This document shows, one piece after another, positions 45,856-59,693 of a stretch of 64,000 bases of DNA. Origin of the DNA: Cirrosporium novae-zelandiae (Eukaryota); NCBI GenBank assembly GCA_026023565.1, contig JAPETS010000003.1, forward strand, positions 558,001 through 622,000, written 5' to 3'. Position numbers and translations under genes: made by a program. Positions within the stretch are counted from its first letter, which is position 1; the number at the start of each line of letters is the position of its first letter. The notes under the pieces were generated by a model, which had not been told where the DNA came from, searched no databases, and saw only the letters and a program-made list of their open reading frames with translations.

Positions 45856-47940
45856 GGTAGGTTACAGAAAGTCTGAAGATCTGGTAGATTATAAGTTGAT
45901 AATGGAAGACTGATTAGATATACTATAGGGAAACAAGACACGTATTGCCTTTATACCTTCACCCAGGCCGCTCCACCAGTATATAGTGTGCAGGGTCGCC
46001 CTTGAGCTACATTACATAGTGCGAGTGAAAAAATAGGCAGTCAAGATATGTTTATAACTTGCGAGCAACCATCATGCCGCCCAAAGATCTAAACAATCGA
46101 CTACCGAATGATATTATCATGAAACAACGCCACACCCGTCCAATTACGAAGACAAACAAAACCAGTTAATTGTGGACTGCATTGAGTTCCGGATCCAAGG
46201 CCCGACCAAGCCAACAAATCTAAAATTAACCAGTTTTAGCCCCTCCAGTAGATAACAATTAGGCTTTTTGGTGAATTTCCTTAGTTTTATCTAGGTTCCA
46301 GTTATGTCCGCCATAACCCATAGGCGACATGTGGACAATAAAATAAATAACCATCATCATCTAGATTCCAGCGGAATTCAATTCCACGAGTTTTTTTTTT
46401 TTCCTAGTCACGGAAGGGATGTCTGTGGATGCTGGACACGCCTAGTATCATCCATCTCAGCCCAGGAGGAGGGAAGGACCATGCGGCCGGCAGTCAAAAA
46501 AAGCTATCCCTCGAACATACATGGATGCTCGCTTTTAACTCGAGTATACTTGTGGCACGTGCTTAGGTTATTAGCAGGAATAATATACTCCACTACTTAG
46601 TACGAATAATATAAACCAAAAAATTACCCCTATTTTTGTTACGCACGTAAAGATTATATATCTATCCGTACGGGTAACAGGCACGTGCACGTGTACAGTA
46701 TATGGATTATACACACGACACCAATAACGATAACCAATAACACACACCTCACGATACACAACAACACACACACACAACACCACACTCGACACTCCATTCC
46801 ATTTCCTCTTTCCTCTTTCCCTCATCTCACTTCTCACTCCCTTTTCCCTTTCCTTTCCTTTCCTTTTCCCTACCAACCCCACTCCCCACCCAAACCAAAT
46901 ACCCACTGTATAAAACTCAAAGCTCAAAACAAAGCAAAAATTATCCTTTAATCCAATCCAATCACTACTTTACACTTCTATAAACGAACAGACCAATCCC
47001 ATTGCCCTCACGCCCTAACGCCCCTAGACTACGCCCTCCCCTTTTTCCTATTTCCCCACCATGAATTGAACCCTAAGACCCTAAAATCCTAAAACTCTCC
47101 CTCCGCCCCACCCCCCCCCTTAAAACCTCAATCCAGTCCAATCCACAAGGCCACCAAACATGAAATTCAAAAGGCCAAGGGCGGAGATAGTTTCGATGGA
47201 AATTCACACCCTCGCTGTTGGCACGGGTGGGGTAGAAAGGGTACCTAGGTAGGTAAGACGACGGCTCTTTTGTTTACGGTATAGGTACCTGTGGTAGTAT
47301 AAATTGAAAGGGATATAAGAATCTATCAACTTAAGAGTGAGTGGATATTACAATGTTAGGATATATACTCAGTAGATTAATCTAGGTGCACCAAACAAAC
47401 ACTTGCATCAAAAGAATCAAAACGAAAGTAACTAATGACAAAGGTCCCAAAGAAACAAAGCCATCCAACCTATCATTCATTTGTTTATCTATTCAAACTA
47501 CAAGAAGAAGCCTATTCACAAACACCAAATTATTAGAGTAATTCTTATTTTTTTTATTATTTCATTTGTCTGTTATACATTTCAGGTCGTGGTTTTGACG
47601 ATCGAGATTGGAGCGGGATGGTCCAGACAACAAGAATCCAAACGACCGACGAGGCTCTCTATATACGCCGTATGCCCTCCCCTGCCGTTCCTTTGCTTTG
47701 AGCCGTCATCGCTAAAAAAAAAAAGGGAAAAAACCTAGAACCCTAGAACCTTCCGTAGAAAGAAAAGAAAACCTTCAAGCTAACTTCGCATTTGGGTTTT
47801 GCGTATTTTGCTGAATCAATACCTCGACCTGAGGTATTGCAAAGACATACCTATCCGTCTGCCTTTGTCTTCGAATCTAGTTCAATGTTGTTCGTGCCCT
47901 TCCTTTCCTATCTTTTCCATATCCATCCTTCCTATCCAAA

Positions 47941-50649
47941 TCAATAATCCCCCATAATATCATCAAATCCTCCAGGGCTATCATTGAAAAATACATTCCC
48001 ACCATTCCCTTGCAATGGTGGAAAAGCAAAAGCATCCATCGTCTCAGCGCTAAGGCCGTTGGTAACCCCAGTATTGAAAAGTGGAAAGTCTCCAGCTGGA
48101 GCTCCGTGCCCTCCGGTAGAGTCCTCAAACCCCTCGTCTGTTGCCATAGGCTGAGTGTCTTGATTTGGACTGTACAACATCACATTGCCTTGTCCTGCTG
48201 GGGAAAGGCTAGGAAGCGACTGTTGGCCTTGAGGAAGCGAGGTTGCTGAAAGGTTGGTAGAAAAGGGTGAAGGGAATGTCTGATCGTTTGAAAGAGCAGG
48301 CGTTAGCATTTGAGGGTTGTAGGTAGTGAAAGCACTATTGTCTTGCGGGAAATTCCAGGTCAAGTCATCTGGAAAAACCGGCTCACCAGTGCTTGCTGCT
48401 TCACTAGAGAAGCCAGATGGAAGCGTAGGTGAGGTTGTAGGGAGAGAATTGGTGTCAATGGATAGACAAGGATTGCTGAGAGCATCAATAGCAGCATACT
48501 CGTTGGGGTCTGTGTTGGCTAGAGAGTTGTAGAACTCATTGAAGTTGAGTGTGATTCCCAAGTGACTAGTGTCATCTCCAAAGCCAAACACAGGATCATC
48601 CAACAAATTGCCGTTAAATGGTGTGGTATTATTGCTAGATGACTCTGGGAACGTATAGGTGCCATTATAATTCATGTACATTTCAGCAGGAGAGTTGGTG
48701 ACAATGGATACTGGCGTCGCTGCTTCAGAAGTTTGAGGAGTACTCATACTAGGTGTGGCAGGACTTTGAGAGGTAGTACTCTTCCTTGGGCGTTTGCCAT
48801 TGTTCTTTGATCGTACATAGATGTAACCGTGAGCTTTCTCCATATGCTGTTTGCAGTTACTTTCACGCTTGGATGAATAGGTGCAGGCTGTATAATGACA
48901 CTTGTAGAGAACAGGTGCTGCTGAATGTTTGTCATTGACATGGCGATCTCGTTCTTTTTCAGTTGGCCATCCTCTGGTGTGATACTTGCAGGATGTCTCA
49001 GGGCATTTCCATGGACGGGAATGGGTTTTTTGATGTTTTCTAGTAGAGGTTAGACAGGTCTAAGATGCAAATGAATGACGGGTAAGCACATACGTGAGAT
49101 CACATGGACGATCAAACTCTTTATTGCACTCTTTGCAAGTCTGTCTCAAGGACTTTGGATCAACGCCCTTCTTACGTCTTGCCATTGATTGCATGACGTT
49201 TTCATCCATTGAAACCTCACTAAAAGTTCGCTTCATAGGAGAGGATGAAGGACCAGCAATGTTCTCAAAGTCCTTGGGATTCCCAAGTGGAATTTGTTTT
49301 CCGTCAGTTCTGACACGCACTAATTGAGCAGGTTTTCCAGTATCGTGTAAACCACCTTGAAGTGTGAGCTTTTCATTTCTAGTATCACGGTTAGTGATAC
49401 TAAGTTGACTCATAGAAAGTGGTTGATTGAGTTGAGTTGAGTTGAGTTGAGTTACTTACTCATGATAGCCATTTTCACCCAGTTCCTTCCCCGCTGCCTG
49501 TTGCTCCCGTGAAGCAGCCATTGTGGCTGCGTATTGTCGTATCTGTTCGACAAGATCGAGGAAGTATCCGTTAGTATAAGGTCTGTCAGTCGGTAGATGC
49601 TGGTCGCGCTCGTTAAGGTATTCGACGGTGGTGTGAATACACTGGATGGAAGCCTCGCAGAAAATACGGTACGATTTTGGAGAAGCGGAATGGCGCTTCA
49701 AATAACGAATAAGACTATGAGCCCCAACTCCTTTAACCCCAATATGTGGGAGTTCACTTACAGGTGCCAAAAAGATAAGAACTTTCTCGAGGTCGCGCAG
49801 ACAGGTAATTTCCTTGCGATTAATTTGATTCGGGATACCTTGGATAAGAGGATGATAATTTTTTAATGTTGCCTCTTTTAGGATGGGAATGAGGATATGT
49901 TTCCGGATCTGCTTTACAGCATATTCACTCAAAACATGCTGATACTGGCAAGGAGTATCCGTTGTTGAGGTGATTGACCTCGTAATCGCAGACGGACGAG
50001 CAGAAGGCTTCAAAAACGAATGTTTTAACTTCTGCATCTCGTGGGCGCAGTCTGAAAGAAACATGTTAGTGTCCCATGATGATACCATGTCCAATGACTG
50101 TTCACCTTGTCTCAGACCTTGACCTTTTGCACAAGACATGGCGTCGCTATGAATAGACGAACCAAGACCACTATCAGAGGTGTGGCGATGATTACAACCT
50201 GGTTGAGCTAGAGAAGCCTTTTGATGTTTGGATGATGGGGTCGAGTCGATATCCATCAAATCCGAGTCGGGGATATGGGCTTCTAATAAACCTTTGGGAA
50301 CCGGCAAGGCCTCGGGAGGACGAACAGTGTCCTGGCTATCAACGGCCAGACCAGAGATACTACGCTCAAGTGGACGAATAAGGTCTGCCATGCGCCGTTC
50401 TGACGCGGCGATGCTTTCTTCTAAGGCACTAAGACATGTTGACGACCTCCTTGGAATGGTGGATATATTCAATATAGGATCCACATCTTCATTAGAGGGC
50501 GTCTTGGATGAATGAAATGTTGCACCTTTACGCAACGTGGAATGTTCAGGGTAAGATAAAGTATCAAGAGGAGGAGAAGGATAAGTAGAGGTCGAGGGAT
50601 GAGCAGGTTTATATCCTCGGCGCCGGGGGTTGACGTGCGGGGCGGACAT
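47941..50649 (-). CDS. ACE1: C2H2 transcription factor Ace1/SltA; introns ~50052..50117, 49696..49761, 49379..49459, 49040..49093
   Basis: LRKGATFHS, SDSGLGSS, CLRDLEK, RPYTNGYFLDLVEQIRQYA, SMARRKK; three fingers CKECNKEFDRPCDLT|KHQKTH, WKCPETSC..GWPTEKERDRHVNDKH, YKC...SKRESNCKQHMEKAH. Confidence 0.92.
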
Positions 50650-53600
50650 TCTGAATGGCTATAGGACCAGTCAATCGGAATGGGCAAATTGATAGCAGCT
50701 GGAACTAAATTGAAAGTATTCAATTAGCCCTGCATGACTGCACCATTCGGAGACGAAAATGACTCACTGAAATGACAGAGTTGAACATACAATCAGCCCT
50801 TCAACGTACTGCGCTAATCCGAAGCCGCTTTTTTTCTGTTTTCACTGGCCAGATAACAACGAGGTTCTCTCCAAACTGATAAAAAGCAGGAGAAATGCCG
50901 GGTTTTTATGCGAAATAATGTCTTAATCAATGACAGCTGGCCTGGAAATGGTAAGAGTGGCCCCTTTCAGATTTGGATAATTATATGTGACTTGGTGGAG
51001 GGCCAGGCGGTGCTGGCGGTTGGAAAGACAAAATCACGGAGGGGTAAAACTAGAAGTCCATTGGATGGATTGCGAAATGGATAGAAAGAGGCAGATGCAG
51101 AGCAGGTAGGGCGTGAAAAGTCCAATGCTCATATGTGGGTGTAGAAAAGGCGTCAAGGGCGTACTGGTATATATATCCTGGAATATATTGTTTTTCTTCG
51201 ATATCAACGATGGATGCTTTTCCCAGGAGCACGAGATACAACGAAATCGAAAGATGAAAAAAGGAGCAACTGGACACCTGGCAGATTTTGTTGAAAAGAT
51301 CGAGAACCTTGGGGGAGAGAAATAACGATATAGAGGATAAAGGTATAGACAACAAGAGGGGGGGGGGGGGGGGGGGGGTTGAGATGAAGTGGTTCCAGGG
51401 AAGGGCAAACGGTGGGAGGTTCAGGTCAGCCTCTCGAGGCTTTGGGTTTGAATGCTGCTGCCTATTCTTATGCAGGGATTATGAACCTTAGACTGGGGCG
51501 GAGCATTAATTTTAAGATTATGATTGGATAAGACCCAGGAGGAGAACGTTCAAGCTTAAGTCGTACAGAGCATAGCGTCGGAAAACGGCCATTATATTCC
51601 ACCGGTACGCATGATGTGACCAGCTGACTAATATACAACCACCAACAGAGATAACACCTTTTTCTCCCAAATGTGGGTTGAAATAATGAATTGACTTTCA
51701 CACTGATGGGGGTGGAGTGGTGGAATGATGGCCTGCATATATATATAATCACGTTTGATAGCCAAGTTTGAATTATTGGTGATATAGTATATATACAAAA
51801 GTGCATCCAGGGTGACTCAAGGTCCAAATCCATCAATCAATTGAGCCTCAAAAGGCCCTCAATCGCCAAGAAAAGTATCAATCACGGTCAGCTGAATACG
51901 TTGATTCATATCGATTTCAAAGGTATTCGCGTGGGTTGGAGAATTAACATCTCTTGATGCGCCCTGTTCTCACCCCACATTCTAGAGGGTTTGAAACACC
52001 ACGCTGTGCGGCTCAGCGTTATACTCGAGTAGTAGTCAATGCTAGGCAATCATACATCAAAAACTCTGAACAGAACAAACAGTTATCGTCAAAGTGTTTG
52101 CACTGTTTATCTCCACCATCACTTGAGCCATCAGTCATGACTTCCCATTTCCATCTAGATTGAATCCTTCGGATCCTTCGCCGGTGGCTTCAAAAGCCAC
52201 CAAACTTAGTAACCGATGATGAAGTGTGTGAAATTAACTAGCCGTGGACAGCTGTGGAGTATTCAGAGACAGTCAAAACGGTATACTGTGTCGTGTACTG
52301 TCAGTTTTGACCAACTTTCCATTATTTTGGATCCTGTTTATCGTCCTCACTGAAAATATTGATACCAGCTAGAGGAAAGCTGCAGTAATGAGACAAAAAC
52401 CAATGCCGGCTTTCCTCATCTGATTGGCCCATCCCTAAATATTCCGAGTGACTCACGTTCAATGGACTCATCACTCATCATTGATCCATCCCCATAATTC
52501 AATCCCAGCTTCTCCCTTCAGCTATCAATTGGCCAAAGCAAAGTCTGAAAGTCAAAAGATCAATAAAAAACCAAAGACAAAAAGTTCAAGCATCGGTTAG
52601 GGCGGAAATGCATTCCCAGAAAATGAACCGGAAGATGCCAGGAGGGGTAGACAGGGGGGAGGATTTTGCCAAGGTTTAGAAGACCAAAAAGATGCTTCTT
52701 TTCTTCTTCCGCTCCCGTTTCCGCCCGTCTCCGCTGTACTTCAGCCCTACCAGGCTACGACAATCTTTTGGAGCCATGGTTAAGCTTGCGCAAGGTACTA
52801 AACATGTACTCTGTGATCTACCAAGTCATCGGTTTCCCCATCGTTGATCACTCCGCAACAACAATCTTGCATCCTAATTTGCCGCGTACTGGCCACATAT
52901 ACCATTGCCGCCAATAACCCAATCCATTGGTGCTCCTGTCTTTAGCCTCCAAGCCTCCAGCGTAAGCAGATTTTCAAACTGCGACGATAAATGTACAAAA
53001 TAAATTCCTTTCTGGCCTTGTGATCTGTCCCCTCATTCCTTATCCTGGAACTGGCTTTTTACTCCTATATTCTCCGGATGCAATCAACAATTGGAAATGA
53101 TCATCATTCAAGCAATTTAACCTTATCGTGTACATTAGAGAGCATCAAACAAGTTGATGAAGTGCTCAAATTCTAGATCAAGTCCACTGACAAAAACCCC
53201 ATGGCTTGTGCCCGTACCGATATGGATCATACGTTGAAGCGTTGATCTTTCAATTCCTAAGAGACTTATCAAATGGCTTACGGCAGCCATAAAAGAATAT
53301 TGGCTACCTAAAAAGCAGTACCCTAATGACGACAGCAATTCGTGTAACCAAGGCCAAGACCTTTCAAATACCCCAATAGCATGACGACAACCTTGAGTCT
53401 ATCCACAAAACACCCATCTCCCTCCAAAGACATATTCTATCCTTAGTATTTTGACTACAGGCATTAAGATAACGAAACCAAAACTATCGGCCAAAAGCCA
53501 AGCACTCTCTACCAAGCGCCTATCTATATTTATCAAGCACCTAACAAAAGAGATACCTCTAATTATCACTGTTACATTTTTGTCTTCCCCCCTTTGCGAA

Positions 53601-54689
53601 CTCATTTAATTCATCAAAATTTTGTAACCATGGTTTCTATTAATTGTTGTTGATTGGTTACTTTGTCTGGTTGATAGTATGCTTGTTTTGGAAAGTATCT
53701 CGGCACCGAAACTGACATATGGCTTCGGACCCGGGCTTAAAATTACATCCGTATTCGTATCCGCAGCCCCTTATCCACCGATTTTTTTCCAATCTATTCC
53801 GGCTCCCGACTTCAACTTTCAAGGTTCCGGTACAAATGAAATCCACCCCTATCTATTTCCTTAAAAGAATAAAAAAATATAATACCCCTTTAACAAATTC
53901 CAATATCAACACTTCCCAGGCCAAAAGAAAAAAAAGAACCTTGATTTTCGCTCAACACCCCCCCCAAATCCAAAGAGCCAAGGGGGAACCGTATTTCCTT
54001 TATCAAGATTGACCATGATACTGCGATTGGAAGTTCTTAACATGACGTATTTTTCCAACGACTTTACCCAAGAGCGCTAGTGGTTGATCACACTGGTATC
54101 AGTGTTCCTCTATATGGACTATGGTCTTGCTACCACCCGTCTTCCCTAATCAATACCCGTTGGCGCTAAACCCTACTCGCTACTTCTCGAGGATGGGAAC
54201 GTTTGATGCTGACCTTGACCAGCTTCAGTTTGCTTTTGGAGCATGGCAGCGGAAGTAAGCACCCGGACCCGGTGAAAAGAGCAATGTCGTTGCCGTACCC
54301 GTTGGCATTGGAGAAGATGGAAATGGCATCGGTACAGGGGGTTGTCAATGTTGAGGCAGACAAGGGTAGGATTCCCAACATCTACCTATCTAGGCCATCC
54401 CCTTATTCTTATCTCCAACACCACACTACACTACACCAAACCACACCAATTCCATACTCTTTCTTCCCTTTCCTTTCCGCTTCCTATCTTTCTCCTCCGT
54501 ATTCAAGACAAAATCATTATGGGCATTCACATAGACCTAAAAGCCCAAAAGTCCAAACCAACTTAGATTCGGATCTGCAATTTTTTACAAAGGCTCAAGA
54601 TAAGACAAGATACAAAAACACCATAGTTCTCGGAAGGAAAGTCAACAAATAATACAGCATATGGAAAACATCTACTCCTTACTATCTAC

Positions 54690-54846
54690 CAGTGTTGGCA
54701 ATAGACCAGACCGACCAGACCGACCCCCTTGGTCTGGTCGTTCTATCAAAAAACTCGATTTGGTCGGTCTGGTTTATTCAAAAGCTTAGTCTGGTCGGCT
54801 TAAGGTCTATAGACCGTCTATTTAGTCTAATCTATTTTCAGCACTG
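54690..54846. mobile_element. Non-autonomous hAT-type MITE, 157 bp, with 8-bp target-site duplication
   Basis: Termini CAGTGTTGGCAATAGA ... TCTATTTTCAGCACTG (13/16 inverted match); identical CTATCTAC flanks at 54682-54689 and 54847-54854; subterminal GACC/GGTC motifs. Confidence 0.88.
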
Positions 54847-57293
54847 CTATCTACTCCCCCCCCCCTTTTTTTTCCCTGAAGCAAAAACAATAGAGGGGGG
54901 AGGGGTAACCCTTTATTGCATGACGAATCATAACCACACTCTACAATAAAAGATCGATTTTTTATATTTATATTTATTTGATATATCTCATTATATATGT
55001 TCTTAGCTATTGACCTGTGTCATTATTCTCATTTTAAACGCGGGCCTATTGAAGTCGAACGACGGATGGGAGAGTCCCAGCTACCTATCCATCCGAAATG
55101 TGTATCTTTGAATGGGGATGGGGATTGGGGAGGACATCAAGCAGGGACTAGTTAAGACTGATGCTTTCATCTAGCTATATTAAAATATCGTTGTCGACAT
55201 TAACGCCAATGTATCCACGGATCATCTTTGGTATCAAAGTTGACGGAGTTGGTTAGTCGGCTGGTACCAAAGGACACCTGTCAATTTCTGGGGGTCTATT
55301 TCGCTCTCCCCTGCTAGGTTTTTTCTGGGAGTATGGGGGTATGTGTGATTGAAGAAGAAGAAAAGGAAGGTCTCATGATCAAAGTTCACCACCATGTTGT
55401 TGTTGTTGTTGTTGTTGTTGTCTTTATCCCTATCCATCCCTCTTTACCATAAAATTCACAATTCACATCCACACCCATACCAAATTCACCCACCTCAATT
55501 CCAATTCCAATTCCAAATAAGCACTCACATACATACACACAAACACCCTTCCAACAAATATAAATAAATAAAAACCCCCACCAATATTATAGAAATAAAA
55601 TTCCTAGTGATTTTAGAATCCCATAATAAACTTTTATAAAAAAAACATGGAGGAGCAGAGAGACTATTACACACAAAAGAAAATAAAAATTCTAGTTTAG
55701 TTAGTTAGCAAAACCATATCTCACTATAGCTAGATATAGATGTAGAGTTCTTCTTCTAACCTTAATCAAACTATCATCAGCCCTACTACTACTACGGTGG
55801 GGGATGGGGGGGAGGGGGGGAAGATTTGTATAATATATGATATAGAAGAAAAAATATATAGAAAAACCCCCCCTTATGCTCCTTATATGCCCCTTCTTTA
55901 CACATGTTAATATGCCTACTGACTACCTAAGGGAAAGCTTATGATGAACAGAATATTTAAAACGGAGTTAAAAGTGGTGAGATGTCGGTTCCCTTTCTTT
56001 CTTTGGCTGGTGCTTCTTAAAGTTTTTGGTCGGTGTGTATAGCTTAGCCTTTTTGTTGTCGAGAGGGGATGGGGGGAGGTATGTTATACTAAGGGATGGA
56101 TGGAATCATTGATGACGGTAGGGTATAGATGGCAGGCTGATGGTGAGACAAAGACGTTAAGCAGCACAGATATTCTATCGAAGTGATAGGGGAAGTCTCG
56201 TAAAATGTGTGGAAGGGCCGTCGGGACTTGCAGTTATTGCTTAGAAGTGCTGCATATATAGACCCTCCACTTTTGATCGTTGGAATTTACAATGCATTAT
56301 CGGCTAAAGTCCACTATATAAAAAGGTACTCAGAGTAAAAAGGTATTCAAAAGCATATTGGATAAGGCTATGGAATAAGTGCTTAACAAAGACATAAATC
56401 AGGAATAGAAAATAATGACTGTTGACTTATAGATTGTGAAAAGCAATAAAAACGTAAAGCACAAGAGCTATAGTGAAGAAAAAGCCCTAATTCAAATTAC
56501 TTATTTCAATCGATTTTCCTTTTCTTGCGGATATCTATCCTCCTGAATACTCTCCCAATTAACTTGTTGCAATGAGTTCCAAATCGTCAAGAACGCTTTC
56601 AAGAGACAAGAAGAAAAAAAGGAAGGAAAAGGGGGGTGCAAGAATGTGCAATTAGTGTAAGCTCGTGAGGGAAGGGAACAATGCAGACCCAGGCAGACAT
56701 TCTCAAACCTAGAGGATAGTCTGAGAGACCAAGAAGTCACTTCCATTAATTTGGCATCAAAACTTGAGTATAGCTGCAAGTTCACCTACCTCGGCTTCCA
56801 TAGGACTCCCTTGTTCACACTTTGTTCGAAGCCTTCAAAACGTGTTATCTCACGTGGTCCTCAACGGGGAAAACTGCCATTAATCTTTTAGGGGTTAGGT
56901 CAGGGGACTTACGATATTGGATATTTTATCCCCTGATTCTTTATTAAGAGGAGATATGGCTCTTCGACGTAAAGACTAGGCTTTGGCATTCATGAGTGGC
57001 CCACTAGAGTCACCACCAGTATCTCTATTGGAAAAATCAAAACCACTCCTAATTTTGCTTACCAGGATATCTAATTTATTATAGAGGCAAGTCGCCTTAA
57101 GGCGGCTTCGAGGGTTTATGTTGAACAGCTCCTCGATAATAGATAGTAAATCTCTAAAGACGCCTTTGAATTCTTGGTTGTGGTAGAGTTTATTGATCTG
57201 ATGGGTGACACTTGGACGTAAGCTCGCATTTCTGTTACCATCAACACGCCAAAATCTATCATCCTCAATTTGACGCTCGTCGTCATCGCCAAC

Positions 57294-57640
57294 ATGGCCG
57301 CAGCGACGACTGCGGAAGCTCCTCGCCTCGTTATAGCCGTAGAAAGTCCATACGAGGAGCTCTAAGAAGGTGCAGCCAAGCGACCAAAGACCATAAGGCT
57401 GTGATATTTGCTTGCGTAGGGCTTCAGGGGCTTCTGGTTATGTCGCCGCCATAACCAAATTTCTCAGATCGAACGGGCTCGGCCTTCTCAGAGCCAAAAT
57501 CCCTTAGACGAAGGACGTCGTTTTCTACCGAAAATTAAAGAATATTGTCTTCATCAGTGATATTTTTATGAGTCTGGTCTTCTTCCACGGTCTTTCTAAG
57601 TTCTCGATGGCTAGCGCGATCACGGTCGCAAGGAATTTTT
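57294..57640 (+). pseudogene. Possible decayed ORF fragment
   Basis: Coding-like frame MAAATTAEAPRLVIAVESPYEEL*EGAAKRPKTIRL*... broken by several stops; no family recognised. Confidence 0.25.
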
Positions 57641-58858
57641 AACGAAAATAGCCTTAGCCCTCTATTCTGTCATGGTTGCTTTAGCATATAAAAAAGAAAG
57701 AGACTGAGTGAATGGCCACGAAACGGCATTCATTATCGTGTCGAGGGCTCTGATGTTAGTCTGGGGGCGCATGTCAAGGAGGGCGAGATGATCGCGGAGG
57801 CTAGCAGGGAATAGGCGAATAAAACGTTTAGAAAGGAGGATATGGAGGTTTATTTCTTTCGGTTGCTACTTGAATGGGGGAGTTGAGTAGAAGGAGTCCT
57901 TATTTTGTGGCCAAACCAAGTATGACGATCAGCAAACATCTACAATTCGCATTGCTAGAATATACAATATACAAACATACGGCCGTAAACCGTGGGATAT
58001 TGTGAAACAGTTACTGATTTTTCACTGCCTGAGGTACTCGAGGACAGTACCTAAAAGAGATATTAATCCTTTTTAGGCAAGGTACCCGAGTAGGCAGATC
58101 GGAAACACAATAATGCTCCGGAACCGTAGTCAAGCTATTCCCCTCGATAAAGTTTAAGAAATACTGTAAGTGCGGCCTATCTCCTAAACTGGTGTCGGAT
58201 GGTACACGCTAATTAACAGGGGGGGGTAACAAAGTTGATGCTGAAAGGCTTATTGGTCCAATGATAAGATCGTGAGGCTCATTATGATTCAGTAAAAAAG
58301 TTGATGCCTGACTCTGCTTGAAAATAGTCCTCCGACCTATTATAATCCTTATATGACACCCCTACAAGTGTGTACCATTCATATGCTACTGGAGCACCTA
58401 CTTAGGTACTTACTGTTATTACTATGTGCAATAATTAACAGCAATATTAAACCGACAACAGTGGTATTCAAGGCCGACGGAACCTGGTCTCGGGGCCCCA
58501 ATTCCCAGAAGAACCGCTTGCAGAGAAGTAAAGTTCATGCTTACCAGAATCTGGTGTAACCAAGCAAACTTGGATCTCAATATCCTATTTGATACACTCA
58601 GGAGGATGATATGCTTCTTTTTCCGCATGATCGCCTAGAGGTATTATTTTACTCTGCCCGGGGCGGGCCTTGTCCTTAAAGGTTGGATAATGGGGAAAAA
58701 ATGAGGTCTATTAATCTGACCATAGAGGATGGGCGAAACGGCATAAGACGTAAGGAAGCCATTCTTCTATAATTATTCCTACTATCAAGCTGCTGCCACT
58801 TTATTTCTTATTTTATTTCATATTTTACATCCGAGTAATCTAGGTTGTACTTATTCTA

Positions 58859-59693
58859 ATGCCTCTAAATTTAAACCCCCCGTGTACTTGCGAACGCTGT
58901 TCAACAACATTTACAAGCCTCTCAGATCGACAGCGTCATGCTATGCCCAAAATATTGTGCCCAGCACGTGGCTGCATTCGTGATTTTCGTAAAGATAAAC
59001 TCTCCCAGTTTATGCAGCACGTTGAAAAACAGCACCCTGAACTGTCAATCAAAAAATCCGAAGAATACTTCAATTGTAAGGTCCCGCGTTTAACTTTCAA
59101 CTTTATATTCGCAAATACCCACCATCCCATATTTAAACATAACAGCATTGATGCTACGTATAGACAAAAACGCTTTTGCAAAATTGACTGACAAGTAACG
59201 ATAAACTGACGGTTGGAAAGACCTACGTCATGGCTTAAAACCTATGCTAGATCTGTGCCCACGGTCAGACAAAGAACAATTCCAAAACGAGCAACAGCAA
59301 GCAAGCTTGTTGGCGTTGGGTGCAGTGCCAATGACCAGCACGAGTCCTGATTTGCTACCCAATCCTCGCGACCCCCTTCCCTTGGACGATCAACCAACCA
59401 TTGGTCAACCCGGCAATTCTCCCAATGTATTGCCAGCCCTGACGGTTAACACTAGTACGATTAATTATACCCTTCCTTTCTCCAACCAGCACGGTCAGAT
59501 CCCCTATGGTGCCGCGGACAATACTCAACAGGGTATTGCAATAGACGATTCCACATCTCCGGTCGGTCGTGGCGACTCATTTTTGGACATGGCTTTACTT
59601 ATCCTAGGCGACCTTGACGCCTTGGGCCGTGGAGAGGCATCTGCCCCATCTTTCTTTCCTGATTCCTCGGGAGGTGAAGGGTGGTTGTGGTAA
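58859..59693 (+). pseudogene. C2H2 zinc-finger gene with two premature TAA codons; intron 59076..59163
   Basis: CERC...RQRH and CPARGC...QHVEKQH; after splicing the frame reads YKNAFAKLTDK*R*TDGWKDLRHGLKPM and continues into ORF 59244..59693. Confidence 0.6.

Noticed and set aside
47010..47095. CCCTAA-like motifs as an interstitial telomere
   Set aside because: Scattered and degenerate within a C-rich low-complexity tract
54203..54652. 149-aa ORF in the ACE1 upstream region
   Set aside because: Non-ATG/weak start, second half low-complexity, no motifs
59195..59220. 26-nt GTAACG...CTGAC...AAG mini-intron removing the twin stops
   Set aside because: Too short for a typical fungal intron and would shift the frame away from the downstream ORF
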